Source of the DNA: an uncultured virus (IMG/VR IMGVR_UViG_3300032134_000001)
Lineage: Duplodnaviria > Heunggongvirae > Uroviricota > Caudoviricetes
DNA length: 64,000 nucleotides
IMG/VR virus record: IMGVR_UViG_3300032134_000001
Direction: 5' to 3' (one strand)
A program made the translations under genes and the position numbers. Position 1 is the stretch's first letter. Every line of letters begins with the position of its first letter. Of this stretch, positions 54,334 to 62,840 are shown in pieces. The notes under the pieces are model-generated. The model did not search any database, was not told the DNA's origin, and saw nothing but the letters and a program-made list of their open reading frames with translations.

Positions 54334-55092
54334 TCAGCGCCTGCGCAGGAGGAGATAGAGAACACCGACGCCACCAGCGATGACGATGGGGTTCTTGTAC
54401 CAGACCTCGCCTTCCTCGTTGGTGTAGCCGTCCAGCTCGTCGATGTGCTCGTCGAGCGTGGCGAGTGCCTTGTTGGCGTACTCGGGCACGTCCTCCAGGG
54501 AGAACTCGGAGGGGGCGAACTCGGGGTGAGGCTGGTCCTCGGAGGCGGCCTCAACGGCCTCCACCTCCGCGGGGGTGGCCGCAGGAGGAGGCTGGCCGCC
54601 CTCTTCCTCTTCGGTGAGGGCCTCCTGCTCCTGGCCGACCGGGTTGGCCACAGCCCGCTTCCAACCGCGAGGACCGGACTTCACCAGCGTGAGGTCCGGC
54701 TTCCGGGTCGGGAGCGGCGCTGCCACGCCCGTCTGAACCTGCTGGAGCTGTGCAGCAGCCAGCATCTCGTTGAGGGTCTTCGCTTCCTGGCGTAGTTGGA
54801 GCCCGATCTGCCGTCGGCGCTTCCCTGCCGTCTTCGAGAAGAGGGTGGTGAGGCCACGCACCTTCCTCCGCTGGCTGGCGATGTCAGCGCTGAGCTGGTC
54901 GGTCGGCTTGTAGTAGTGCAGGGACGCCTTGAGAGCCGCGATCTCGGTCAGCAGCACGCCGTTTCGCGCCTTGATGGCAGGACGACGGGGCGACGCCGGA
55001 GACAGCTTTCGCAGGATGCCGCGGTTGCGGGACACCTGGGCCTGGCGCTCCGCGATGTTGCGCTTGGTGACGATGAGAGTAGCAGAAGCCAC
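54334..55092 (-). CDS. basic/acidic bipartite tail-anchored protein
   Basis: Basic N-half, VANP, acidic C-half, WYKNPIVIAGGVGVLYLLLRRR. Confidence 0.7.
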   Translation of the reverse strand: MASATLIVTKRNIAERQAQVSRNRGILRKLSPASPRRPAIKARNGVLLTEIAALKASLHYYKPTDQLSADIASQRRKVRGLTTLFSKTAGKRRRQIGLQLRQEAKTLNEMLAAAQLQQVQTGVAAPLPTRKPDLTLVKSGPRGWKRAVANPVGQEQEALTEEEEGGQPPPAATPAEVEAVEAASEDQPHPEFAPSEFSLEDVPEYANKALATLDEHIDELDGYTNEEGEVWYKNPIVIAGGVGVLYLLLRRR

Positions 55093-55113
55093 GAGAGCCC
55101 TCCGTAGACTTCC

Positions 55114-55168
55114 TGTGTACCCCTTCGGCCCTCTGGCGGGAAGCCGGGGGCGCCAGACGCGGTGCTAC
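55114..55168 (-). promoter_or_regulatory. putative late promoter GTAGCAC(55168)...TACACA(55119)
   Basis: 49-nt offset; shares GTAGCACCGCGTCTG with the 62071 site. Confidence 0.65.
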
Positions 55169-55470
55169 AAGGAGTCGCCACTCTCCCTGTATTGGAGCAG
55201 GTCCCACGTCGCCTCTCCGAGGTCGGCCGCGAGCATCAGGTTGCCGTCTACCGCACACTCTGCCATCTGGCGGCGAAGCTCGGTAGCCACCTCTTCCGTG
55301 GACACCTCCGTCTGGTCCAGGAGAGCGATGCGGGCCTTCAGCCTCTTGCGGAGGAACTCTGCGACCTCGCGCTTGGTGTGGTCGTAGGTGACCTCACCGT
55401 CATCGACCCAGGGAGCCGAGGCTCCGAGGAAGGGCAGCTTGTCTCGCGCAGCGGCCATCTCAGCCGCCAT
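55165..55470 (-). CDS. hypothetical protein
   Basis: ORF whose TAG lies within the GTAGCAC box. Confidence 0.45.
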   Translation of the reverse strand: MAAEMAAARDKLPFLGASAPWVDDGEVTYDHTKREVAEFLRKRLKARIALLDQTEVSTEEVATELRRQMAECAVDGNLMLAADLGEATWDLLQYRESGDSL

Positions 55471-55536
55471 AGCCGCAGCCGTAGCCGCAGAGCCAAATGT
55501 GGTGACAGGTGGTGCCAGTCATGCTACCCCTCCTCC

Positions 55537-56148
55537 GTGAAGATCTGTACGTTTGCCGGGTGTGGCCGAAAGCATCAAGCCCTTGGCCTCTGCCAAGCGC
55601 ACTGGAAGCAGCAGCGCAAGGGCACGCCCTTGAAGCCGGTCGGGTGGCGGCTGGGGCCCAACGCTGTTGTGGAAGACGGCGACCGTTGCTGGCTCATCCT
55701 CACAGACATCCACGGTAGGGAGGTGGCCCGAACCTGCATCGACAGGGCGGACCGCGAACAGGTCTCTGCCCACCGCTGGAAGCTCAACGACAGGAAGACG
55801 AGGTACGTCGCTACACTGACGGGAGGAAAGAAGCAGTACCTCCATCGCTTCCTGATGCAACCCCCCGAAGGGTTCGAGGTGGACCACTGGGACAAGGACA
55901 CCCTCAACAACTGCCGCGCCAACCTGAAGGTCGTCGAGCCGCACCTCAACAAGCAGAACGTCTCCCGCCTCAACAACCTCCCCCGAGGCGTGAGCTACCG
56001 GGCCGACCGGGCCAACAGCAAGCCCTGGGTGGCCCGCGTGGTAACCGGAGGCAAGACCTACCGAGAGCACCACCCCACACAGGCTGAAGCAGAGGCAGCG
56101 GCCCTTCGCCTGAGAGCCCTTCACCTCACCCACTCCAACGAGGTGTAG
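55537..56148 (+). CDS. HNH endonuclease with AP2-like C-terminal domain
   Basis: CTFAGC..GLCQAH; YLHRFLM...VDH...LNNCRANL; RGVSY...WVARV...AEAAA. Confidence 0.8.
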   Translation: MKICTFAGCGRKHQALGLCQAHWKQQRKGTPLKPVGWRLGPNAVVEDGDRCWLILTDIHGREVARTCIDRADREQVSAHRWKLNDRKTRYVATLTGGKKQYLHRFLMQPPEGFEVDHWDKDTLNNCRANLKVVEPHLNKQNVSRLNNLPRGVSYRADRANSKPWVARVVTGGKTYREHHPTQAEAEAAALRLRALHLTHSNEV

Positions 56149-56165
56149 CTGGCGGTTGTGGTGCT

Positions 56166-56534
56166 TCAACCCCCATAACCACACAACCAGGCCGCCGCAC
56201 CGTAGATCCACTCGTAGTTCTGTTCGGGGGTTCCGTTGTCCATGGTGGTGTAGGCGTTGCGCCAGAGCTGGGCTTCCGTAGTGCCCTTCGTCTCGCCGTG
56301 GTCCGCGCTCATGCTGCGCATGGTCCGGCCGTGCTGGGCGTCGGTCATCTTGTCGAGGATGTTGGCCCCCTTCTCCAGCACGAGAAGCAGCTTCGCGTCG
56401 CCTGCGCGGGCTGCGCGCCAACCCACGGTAGCGAAGCGCTGGTTCCGCAGTGCCATCGCCTTCTGCGCCATGCCGTGTGCCGCCTCCACCTTCTCCGGGG
56501 TGACGAACTCTTCAATCTCAATGCGTGCGGACAT
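56166..56534 (-). CDS. hypothetical protein
   Basis: AGGAGAGG SD before MSARIE. Confidence 0.5.
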   Translation of the reverse strand: MSARIEIEEFVTPEKVEAAHGMAQKAMALRNQRFATVGWRAARAGDAKLLLVLEKGANILDKMTDAQHGRTMRSMSADHGETKGTTEAQLWRNAYTTMDNGTPEQNYEWIYGAAAWLCGYGG

Positions 56535-56580
56535 GGCCTCTCCTGGATGATTTAGCCTAACCAGGAGTATGCCGGTTGTC

Positions 56581-59500
56581 TTACTCGTCTTCGAGCGCCG
56601 ACAGGTCGCTGAGATCCAGTGTGGGGGCGCTGAGCCCTGTGGCAGCGGCGTCCCCGACAGCTGCCTCCTTGGTGCGCCTGTACTGAGGATAGCTCGACGG
56701 CGGGGCCACCTTCTTCTGCCGGGCCGCGTAGTTCTTGAAGTCCACCTGGGCCCTGTCCCTCGCAAGGACGTGGGCATCGGGGCGTCCGGCCTCGTCGGCC
56801 GCGACCAGGTGGGTGGTCACCTCGCCGCTGTACGCCTTCTTCAGCATCGCCTGCACGTCCAGGTGGTCTCCAGGGCGCCAGAGCTGACGGGTCTGCGCGG
56901 AGCCGATGAGCCCCAGATGCACCCCACCAGCCATGCGGATGGTGCGGATCTGCTTCTCGGCCAGCCACATCACCATGCCCTGGATGGCCTTGCCGAGGAA
57001 GAAGCTGAGAGGCTGGTTGGCCGGCACGAGCATGTCGCAGTCGACGTAGCCCCCGTTTCGGAAGGCCATGACCCTCGTGAGCCCGTCTTCCTTCACGGGG
57101 GGCCCGACCAAGATCCACGCCGTACCCGGCCGGGCGACCGGCAGCATCGGGCTGTAGCCCTTCAGGCGGGCGGCGTTCCGGTACATCTTGCAGAGGGCCC
57201 CCGAGGGGGTGACCATGCTCGCCCGCCGCTTGCTGCGGCGCCGCTCGTCAAGAATCCGCTTCCCTTCCACCAGGCTCAAGTCGGCGTGGCGGGCGAGGTA
57301 GGCCTGGTCCTCCTCGGTGAGCTTCAGCGCCCCGCTCAGGATGGCCTGGCGGAGAGTCTTGTCCCTCTCCGGGTCCACAGCCCCGGGGCGGAAGGAGCCG
57401 AAGAGGTCCTGCTCGCTCACAGCGAGCGCGTCAAGTCGGTCTTGCGTCCGCAGAGCCCGCTGGCTCGCTGCACGGGGGTAGACCTCTTCGACCGCCGAGA
57501 ACATCTCCTCGTTGGTCTTCGGGCGGGAGAAGGAGACGTCCCCCAGCTCTTCGTCCCGCGCCGCCCAGGCAGCTACACGATCTCGCTCATCCCGCGACCA
57601 AGGGTTGTCACGGCTCCGGCCCCGACTGCGGCGAGGTCGCCGGCCGCGGCGACGCCTGCGCGGGTTCTTGATGCCGTGGACCACCCCCTGCACGTCGGGG
57701 TGGAAGAAGTCGCCCATGGTCTCGGCGTCCTCTCCCGTCAGGCCGTAGCGGGCGGGGTGGATCAGGTCGTCCTCCGTGAAGAGGACCTCCAGCTCACCGT
57801 CCTCCGGGTCCATCAGAGCTTCCAGGGCCGCGAGGGCCTCCCGCTCCAGTTGGGGGTCTCCAGGCTGTCCAGCCCGGAAGGGGAAGGGCATCGCAGGGCT
57901 GAGCTTCTCGTCGTCTTCGAGCCCCTCGTTCATCCGCTGCACGATGAGCGGCCACGCAGGACGCATCGCGGCGTACAGGACCTCCTGGTCCGTAGGCGTA
58001 GTCGTGAGGCGGCCCAACCGGAGGTCCTTGACCACCTCGGCAGCGAGCCAGTAGAACCCGCTGCCCTTGAACCCACGCTTGGTCGCCACTCGTGTGGCTT
58101 CAGTCGGACGGCCCCGCTTCTCGCGCTTGCCCTCGATCTCAGCGCCCTCAACGACTGCCTGCACCGCGCCCTTCTGGGTCTCACTGCGCGGGCTGAACTT
58201 GAAGGCCCGCAGGTAGGCGTTGAGGTAGCCGTTGGGCACCGGGTCTTCGCCTGGCCGCATCATCCGCGTGTGCCACTTCCCGTCGCCGCCCTTCATCCGC
58301 ACAGGAAGGGAGAGGAAGAGGTAGGGGGCGGCCTGAGAGGTCCACGGAGGGCTCGCCGGGCGGGCCGGAGTGCCCCTGGCCTTCTCCGAGCGGGCGGGGA
58401 TAGCGGGCTGGGCCGCGTCGGGAGGCACCGGGACGAGGTGAGGGACGCCGACCGTCGAGACACCCACACGCAGAAGGTCGCGCGCAACGCGCGGGATCAG
58501 AGCCGGGGACCCGTAGAAGGGGGAGTAGGAGTCGTCCCAGACCACCTCGCGCTTGACGCGGACGAGGGGCTCTTCGCCCTTCCTTCCGGGGATCTGCTCC
58601 AGCGTCTCCAGCATGGCAGCGCTCTCGGAGCGAGGCAGCGCCAGGAACCACTGCTCTGACCCGAGCGGCAGGGCCTTGGCCCGGAGCAGCGCCCGGATCG
58701 CACCGGGGCTCATGATGGGGTTCTCGCCCGTGTCCTCCACCTTCTTGGCCTCGTCGATGGCGAGGGCCGTGTTGATGAGCATCACCTTGGCCCGGAGGGG
58801 CGCGACGTACTTCTTCGGCTTGTCGACCCAGGCTTCGATGTGGTCCTCGCGGATCTCCTGCAGGTCGTAGACCAGCTGGGGGATGACCGCGCCTCCGCGG
58901 CTTCGGCGGAAGATGACCAGCCGAGTCGGGATGACCATCCCGGCCCCGGGGGTGCCATCCAGCAAGTTCTGGGAGAAGTCCACCTCGGCCCAGGCGCAAG
59001 GCGTCAGGTGGTGAACCCGAAGCTGCTCACGCCCACCCGGCCGGTCGACGGTGAACGACTCGATGGTCCGACGCTGGGAGCCGAACTCCGCGCCCGCCAT
59101 CGTGATCTCGGCACCGTCTCCGATCTCCCGGTAGTGGTGGAGGTGCTGGTCGTGGTCTTCCATCCAGCCCGAGATGGCCGTTCGGTCGATGCCCTGCTTG
59201 AAGCCCCACTTCACGATGTTGTAGTAGACCCCGGGCCAGGCCTGGACCTGCGGGATTTCACCGAAGAAGGAGATCCACTCAGCGCGGGGGGTCGACTGGA
59301 AGAACCTCGGTGGGGTGACAAGAAGCTCCTGCGCTCGTGCCAGGGACGCCTGGTCCGGGAAGTCCATCTTCGCGGCCAGCGCCCGGAAGTGGGTCATCGG
59401 AGAGAGAGGACTCAGCGCCAGGAGCCGCTCGTAGTCCTTCGTGCCCGTGATCTCCGTCTTGGTCAGGCCCATCCCCTTCAGCACGATGGGCGGGAGGAGG

Positions 59501-60990
59501 AAGCAGGCCTCGCGAGCAACCCGCGCCGGGTTCCCCCACAGGAGGGCCTCGCCCAGGGCGATCATGTTGCGGACAGGCTCCACCGTGGGGTTGTTGCCCG
59601 AGATGCGGTAGCCCTCCGTCTGCCCGCGCGGACCGGTAATGACGATGGCGACGGGTACGCCGCCCGTCAGGGAGCGGGTGACCTTGGGCATCGCCCGATA
59701 GAAGGTGGGGTAGACCTTCTTCCCGCGCCAAGCACCCTGCGCACCCTCCCAAGCAACCAGCAGACCGGAGAGGGACGGAGCACCCCGGGCTCCCGGTCCC
59801 GCAGAGTCCCCGCACTGCTTCCTGATCGCAGTCGTGAAGTTGTCCCAGTGCTTGTTGCCCCGCTGAAGGACCGCACCCACGCTGGACTTGCTGCCCGGCA
59901 GAATCTTGATGGTGCCGCTGCTGTACTGCCGACAGTTGTACCCCTGGACGTTGGGGCAGTCCTGGAAGGCTGCGCCGAAGGCGGCCTGGATGGCCTCAGT
60001 CCAGCCGATGGGCGCCAGGACCTCCTCGTAGAAGCCGAAGCGAGGGGGGAGTTCCCCCATGCGGTCCTGGTCCTTCGCTGCATGGTCCTTGCGGAACTTC
60101 CGCCACTTCGGAGACTCGGGGTTGCGCTGGCCTTCATGCCGACGCACGAGGTTCTCGTCCCCCTCGTCGAGGTTGAGGAGGAGCAGCTTTCGGGCGTACT
60201 CCGGGGGGATGTGAAGCGGGATGCCATCGACCACGACCCCACCCACGAGGGCAGTGATCGCTTCGATCTGCGTTGCTGCCTTCTCGATGATGGCACTGAC
60301 CTCGGGCAGGTCGGACATCCACACCAGCACACTCATCACGTACCGCTTCGCGAAGCCTGGGTTGATGGGCAAGACGTAGAGGTCGAGGTTCGTCGCGTCT
60401 GCACAGGAAGGCAGGAGGGGCCCGGTGGCACGAACCTTGGCGCCCTCAGGCGGAGCCCGGAAGAACTCGTAGATGGTGTTCCCGGCTCGATGGTTTTCCA
60501 GCTCGACTCCGGGAGGCGGAGTCATCCCGTACACGCGCACGAAGAACCACTCCAGCGGTGTGTCCTTGCTCACCACGGCTGACCGGACCACCTCGCCCTT
60601 CTCGATGCCCAGCAGCTGCGCGTTTCGGGAGGGCTCAGAGAGGAACCGCAGCCCGCCTGCCTTCAAGGCGTCGTAGGCCTTCTTGTTCGTGGAGAACATC
60701 GGGGCGAGCCCCGCGGCCTTGGCCTGATCGAGTCGGGGCTGGCGCTTCTTCTGGGCTGCGACCTTCTCACGCAGCTTGTGCCGGTCGAAGAGGAGTGGGT
60801 CGCGCTCTGCGGTGAGGCGCTTCTTCTCCGGCTTGTTCTTGGCCTGGCGGGCAGCTTGGAGCTGCTCGTTCAGGTCCTTGATGCGCTCTTCCAGCGCGAG
60901 GAGGTCCTTCTCCAAACGGCTGAGGCCGGGGTTCCTGCGGGACCGGAGCCGGCGCGGAGCCTTGACCCTGATGGGACGGCGTCGACTCAC
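56581..60990 (-). CDS. 1469-aa protein of unknown function with RRNP leader and internal KNP-Arg-RDNP linker
   Basis: MSRRRPIR...RSRRNPG; IKNPRRRRRGRRPRRSRGRSRDNP; GTGA-coupled to the protease gene. Confidence 0.75.
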   Translation of the reverse strand: MSRRRPIRVKAPRRLRSRRNPGLSRLEKDLLALEERIKDLNEQLQAARQAKNKPEKKRLTAERDPLLFDRHKLREKVAAQKKRQPRLDQAKAAGLAPMFSTNKKAYDALKAGGLRFLSEPSRNAQLLGIEKGEVVRSAVVSKDTPLEWFFVRVYGMTPPPGVELENHRAGNTIYEFFRAPPEGAKVRATGPLLPSCADATNLDLYVLPINPGFAKRYVMSVLVWMSDLPEVSAIIEKAATQIEAITALVGGVVVDGIPLHIPPEYARKLLLLNLDEGDENLVRRHEGQRNPESPKWRKFRKDHAAKDQDRMGELPPRFGFYEEVLAPIGWTEAIQAAFGAAFQDCPNVQGYNCRQYSSGTIKILPGSKSSVGAVLQRGNKHWDNFTTAIRKQCGDSAGPGARGAPSLSGLLVAWEGAQGAWRGKKVYPTFYRAMPKVTRSLTGGVPVAIVITGPRGQTEGYRISGNNPTVEPVRNMIALGEALLWGNPARVAREACFLLPPIVLKGMGLTKTEITGTKDYERLLALSPLSPMTHFRALAAKMDFPDQASLARAQELLVTPPRFFQSTPRAEWISFFGEIPQVQAWPGVYYNIVKWGFKQGIDRTAISGWMEDHDQHLHHYREIGDGAEITMAGAEFGSQRRTIESFTVDRPGGREQLRVHHLTPCAWAEVDFSQNLLDGTPGAGMVIPTRLVIFRRSRGGAVIPQLVYDLQEIREDHIEAWVDKPKKYVAPLRAKVMLINTALAIDEAKKVEDTGENPIMSPGAIRALLRAKALPLGSEQWFLALPRSESAAMLETLEQIPGRKGEEPLVRVKREVVWDDSYSPFYGSPALIPRVARDLLRVGVSTVGVPHLVPVPPDAAQPAIPARSEKARGTPARPASPPWTSQAAPYLFLSLPVRMKGGDGKWHTRMMRPGEDPVPNGYLNAYLRAFKFSPRSETQKGAVQAVVEGAEIEGKREKRGRPTEATRVATKRGFKGSGFYWLAAEVVKDLRLGRLTTTPTDQEVLYAAMRPAWPLIVQRMNEGLEDDEKLSPAMPFPFRAGQPGDPQLEREALAALEALMDPEDGELEVLFTEDDLIHPARYGLTGEDAETMGDFFHPDVQGVVHGIKNPRRRRRGRRPRRSRGRSRDNPWSRDERDRVAAWAARDEELGDVSFSRPKTNEEMFSAVEEVYPRAASQRALRTQDRLDALAVSEQDLFGSFRPGAVDPERDKTLRQAILSGALKLTEEDQAYLARHADLSLVEGKRILDERRRSKRRASMVTPSGALCKMYRNAARLKGYSPMLPVARPGTAWILVGPPVKEDGLTRVMAFRNGGYVDCDMLVPANQPLSFFLGKAIQGMVMWLAEKQIRTIRMAGGVHLGLIGSAQTRQLWRPGDHLDVQAMLKKAYSGEVTTHLVAADEAGRPDAHVLARDRAQVDFKNYAARQKKVAPPSSYPQYRRTKEAAVGDAAATGLSAPTLDLSDLSALEDE

Positions 60991-61997
60991 GCCTTCTTCA
61001 CTCGGAGGCCCAGTCGCGGCCGGATGTAGTCGAGGAAGAGCTGGGTCGACACGGAGATGACCACGCCCGTCACGACGGCAGGCAAGATCTTCTTCACGTC
61101 CAGGAGGGTGGCCTTGGCCTTCTGCTCCGGGGTCCAGTCATCTTCCCAGGCCCAGGACGACTTGCCGGGCTGGTCTTCCAGCTCCATCGCCATGCTCGCG
61201 CCGACTGCAGCACCGATGGGGCTCAGAGCCGACTGCCCGTAGTCCGTGCTGTGTTGGCTGGGCTGGAATGAGCCATAGGCCACGTCGTAGGCGGGGCTGG
61301 TGTTCTCGACAGCAGGCAGGCCCCGAGGCCGGAACCCGCGGGGGGCTCGCTTCGACTTCACGATCCGGGGCTTCCCGCGTGGTGCGCTGTCCATCTCAGG
61401 GAGGTAGCTCTTGTGGCCGGAGATGACATCCCAGCCGAGGGGCACGCCCTGCACCGTGGTCTCGCAGTAGTACCAGCGGGTCGGGTTGAACGGGGGCGTG
61501 CCGACCATGCAGTAGATGTGCGCCCACTTGCAGCCCTTGGGGAAGGCCTTGCCCTCGATGTGACGGACCTTCTTGCCGTTGCAGGTACCGCCCAGAACCA
61601 GCTTCCAGGGCAATCTCACGGACTCGAAAAGCGCGGTCAGGACCAAAATCTGGTCGTCGCAATCCCCCCAACCCTGCTTGATTGTGAAAATCGGGTCCTG
61701 GAGACGCTCCCCCGGTTCGTTCACATAATAGATGTTCTTGGGGTCTTGGACCCACTTCAGCAAGGCTGCAGCCTGCTTCTTGTACTCGCGCGGCTTGGCT
61801 TTCGACTTCTTGATGATGTCGACGGCGAGGCTGGCGATGCGGGGGTCTCGCCCACGCATCATGGCGATGTGCCTGATGATGGCCAGGCGCTTGGGGTCCT
61901 CGTAGCCCTTCCAGTCAGGAAGGTGGTGAACCTCCGTCCCGGCCAGGTCCAGGGCATTGAGCCGGGCAGGAAGCTGTTCGACAGGCAGACGAGACAA
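60987..61997 (-). CDS. transglutaminase-like cysteine protease (candidate virion maturation protease) with C-terminal hydrophobic helix
   Basis: YVNEP..E.LQDP, GDCDD, AHIY, WYYCETT (Cys-His-Glu); start moved to TTG 61997 after GGAGG and the -10 box. Confidence 0.8.
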   Translation of the reverse strand: MSRLPVEQLPARLNALDLAGTEVHHLPDWKGYEDPKRLAIIRHIAMMRGRDPRIASLAVDIIKKSKAKPREYKKQAAALLKWVQDPKNIYYVNEPGERLQDPIFTIKQGWGDCDDQILVLTALFESVRLPWKLVLGGTCNGKKVRHIEGKAFPKGCKWAHIYCMVGTPPFNPTRWYYCETTVQGVPLGWDVISGHKSYLPEMDSAPRGKPRIVKSKRAPRGFRPRGLPAVENTSPAYDVAYGSFQPSQHSTDYGQSALSPIGAAVGASMAMELEDQPGKSSWAWEDDWTPEQKAKATLLDVKKILPAVVTGVVISVSTQLFLDYIRPRLGLRVKKA

Positions 61998-62016
61998 GGT
62001 GCTGACCTCCGCCGTC

Positions 62017-62071
62017 ACTCTACCGGCGCAGTCCTTGCCGGGCACTCATCTCGGCGCAGACGCGGTGCTAC
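62017..62071 (-). promoter_or_regulatory. putative late promoter GTAGCAC(62071)...GTGCCC...TAGAGT(62022)
   Basis: 49-nt offset. Confidence 0.7.
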
Positions 62072-62355
62072 GGCTTGAACGGGAGGGCAGCCGGGCCGTC
62101 AGGTGCCCGGTTGAGCTTCACTGTGCCGTCGCGGAAGATGGCCTGGGTCTCCTCGGCAGTCAACATCACCTCCCAAGACATGGGCGGAGCGCCGGGAACA
62201 CCTATCTGGATGGTGGTCGTCGTCTGGTCCTGTCCCCTGTCCTCCGTGAGGGCAGTAGGAATCGAGCCACACGGCAGGTGGAGCAAGCGGTCCTGTGACA
62301 TCGGGAACACCATGAAGGGGTGGTCCCAGATGATCATCGAGCCGAAGCCCGCCAT
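62068..62355 (-). CDS. hypothetical protein
   Basis: TGATG coupling to the upstream gene. Confidence 0.5.
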   Translation of the reverse strand: MAGFGSMIIWDHPFMVFPMSQDRLLHLPCGSIPTALTEDRGQDQTTTTIQIGVPGAPPMSWEVMLTAEETQAIFRDGTVKLNRAPDGPAALPFKP

Positions 62356-62840
62356 CAGCTTGCCGTTCCGGTCTTCTTCGCGCTCTCGGGTTCGGCAGAA
62401 GAATCGCCTTCCGGGGTCTCTTCGTCGTCCTCGCCCTCGTCATCATCGTCGATGAGGGGTTCGAGGCCGAGCATCTTGCGGGCCTGGTTGTAGGCTTCTG
62501 CGACGTCTTCGTTCAGCTCCTTGGGGGCCAGGTAGACCGTCTCGATCTCGGTGAGGTAGATCGGCGTGTCCGACTCCATCATGTAGAACTGGGCGTCCAC
62601 CTGGAGACGAACAGCGATCTCCTGCCCAGCCTGAGCAGCTTCGGGGAACTGGGCCATCAGGCCATCCACCATCGCCCTCTTCACCTGCTGGATCAGGACC
62701 CACTTCGGGTTGAAGACCCGGCGGCTGAGCTTGACTTCGGACCACCCGGCCGGGAGGTCATCGAGGTTGTCGTCATCGAACTGGGGCCCACCCTGGGCGA
62801 CCAGCCCGGAGAGGGCACATTCGTACTCGTAGCGGCTCAT
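62355..62840 (-). CDS. hypothetical protein with acidic tail
   Basis: Start MSRYEYEC by ATGA overlap. Confidence 0.6.
   Translation of the reverse strand: MSRYEYECALSGLVAQGGPQFDDDNLDDLPAGWSEVKLSRRVFNPKWVLIQQVKRAMVDGLMAQFPEAAQAGQEIAVRLQVDAQFYMMESDTPIYLTEIETVYLAPKELNEDVAEAYNQARKMLGLEPLIDDDDEGEDDEETPEGDSSAEPESAKKTGTAS

Noticed and set aside
38320..60990. Giant ORFs as virion RNA polymerase or tail tape measure
   Set aside because: No DxDGD-type or T7-like motifs seen, and no tail or chaperone gene context.
61998..62045. ORF-track start of the protease at 62045
   Set aside because: Lies upstream of the predicted -10 box; TTG 61997 has a GGAGG SD.
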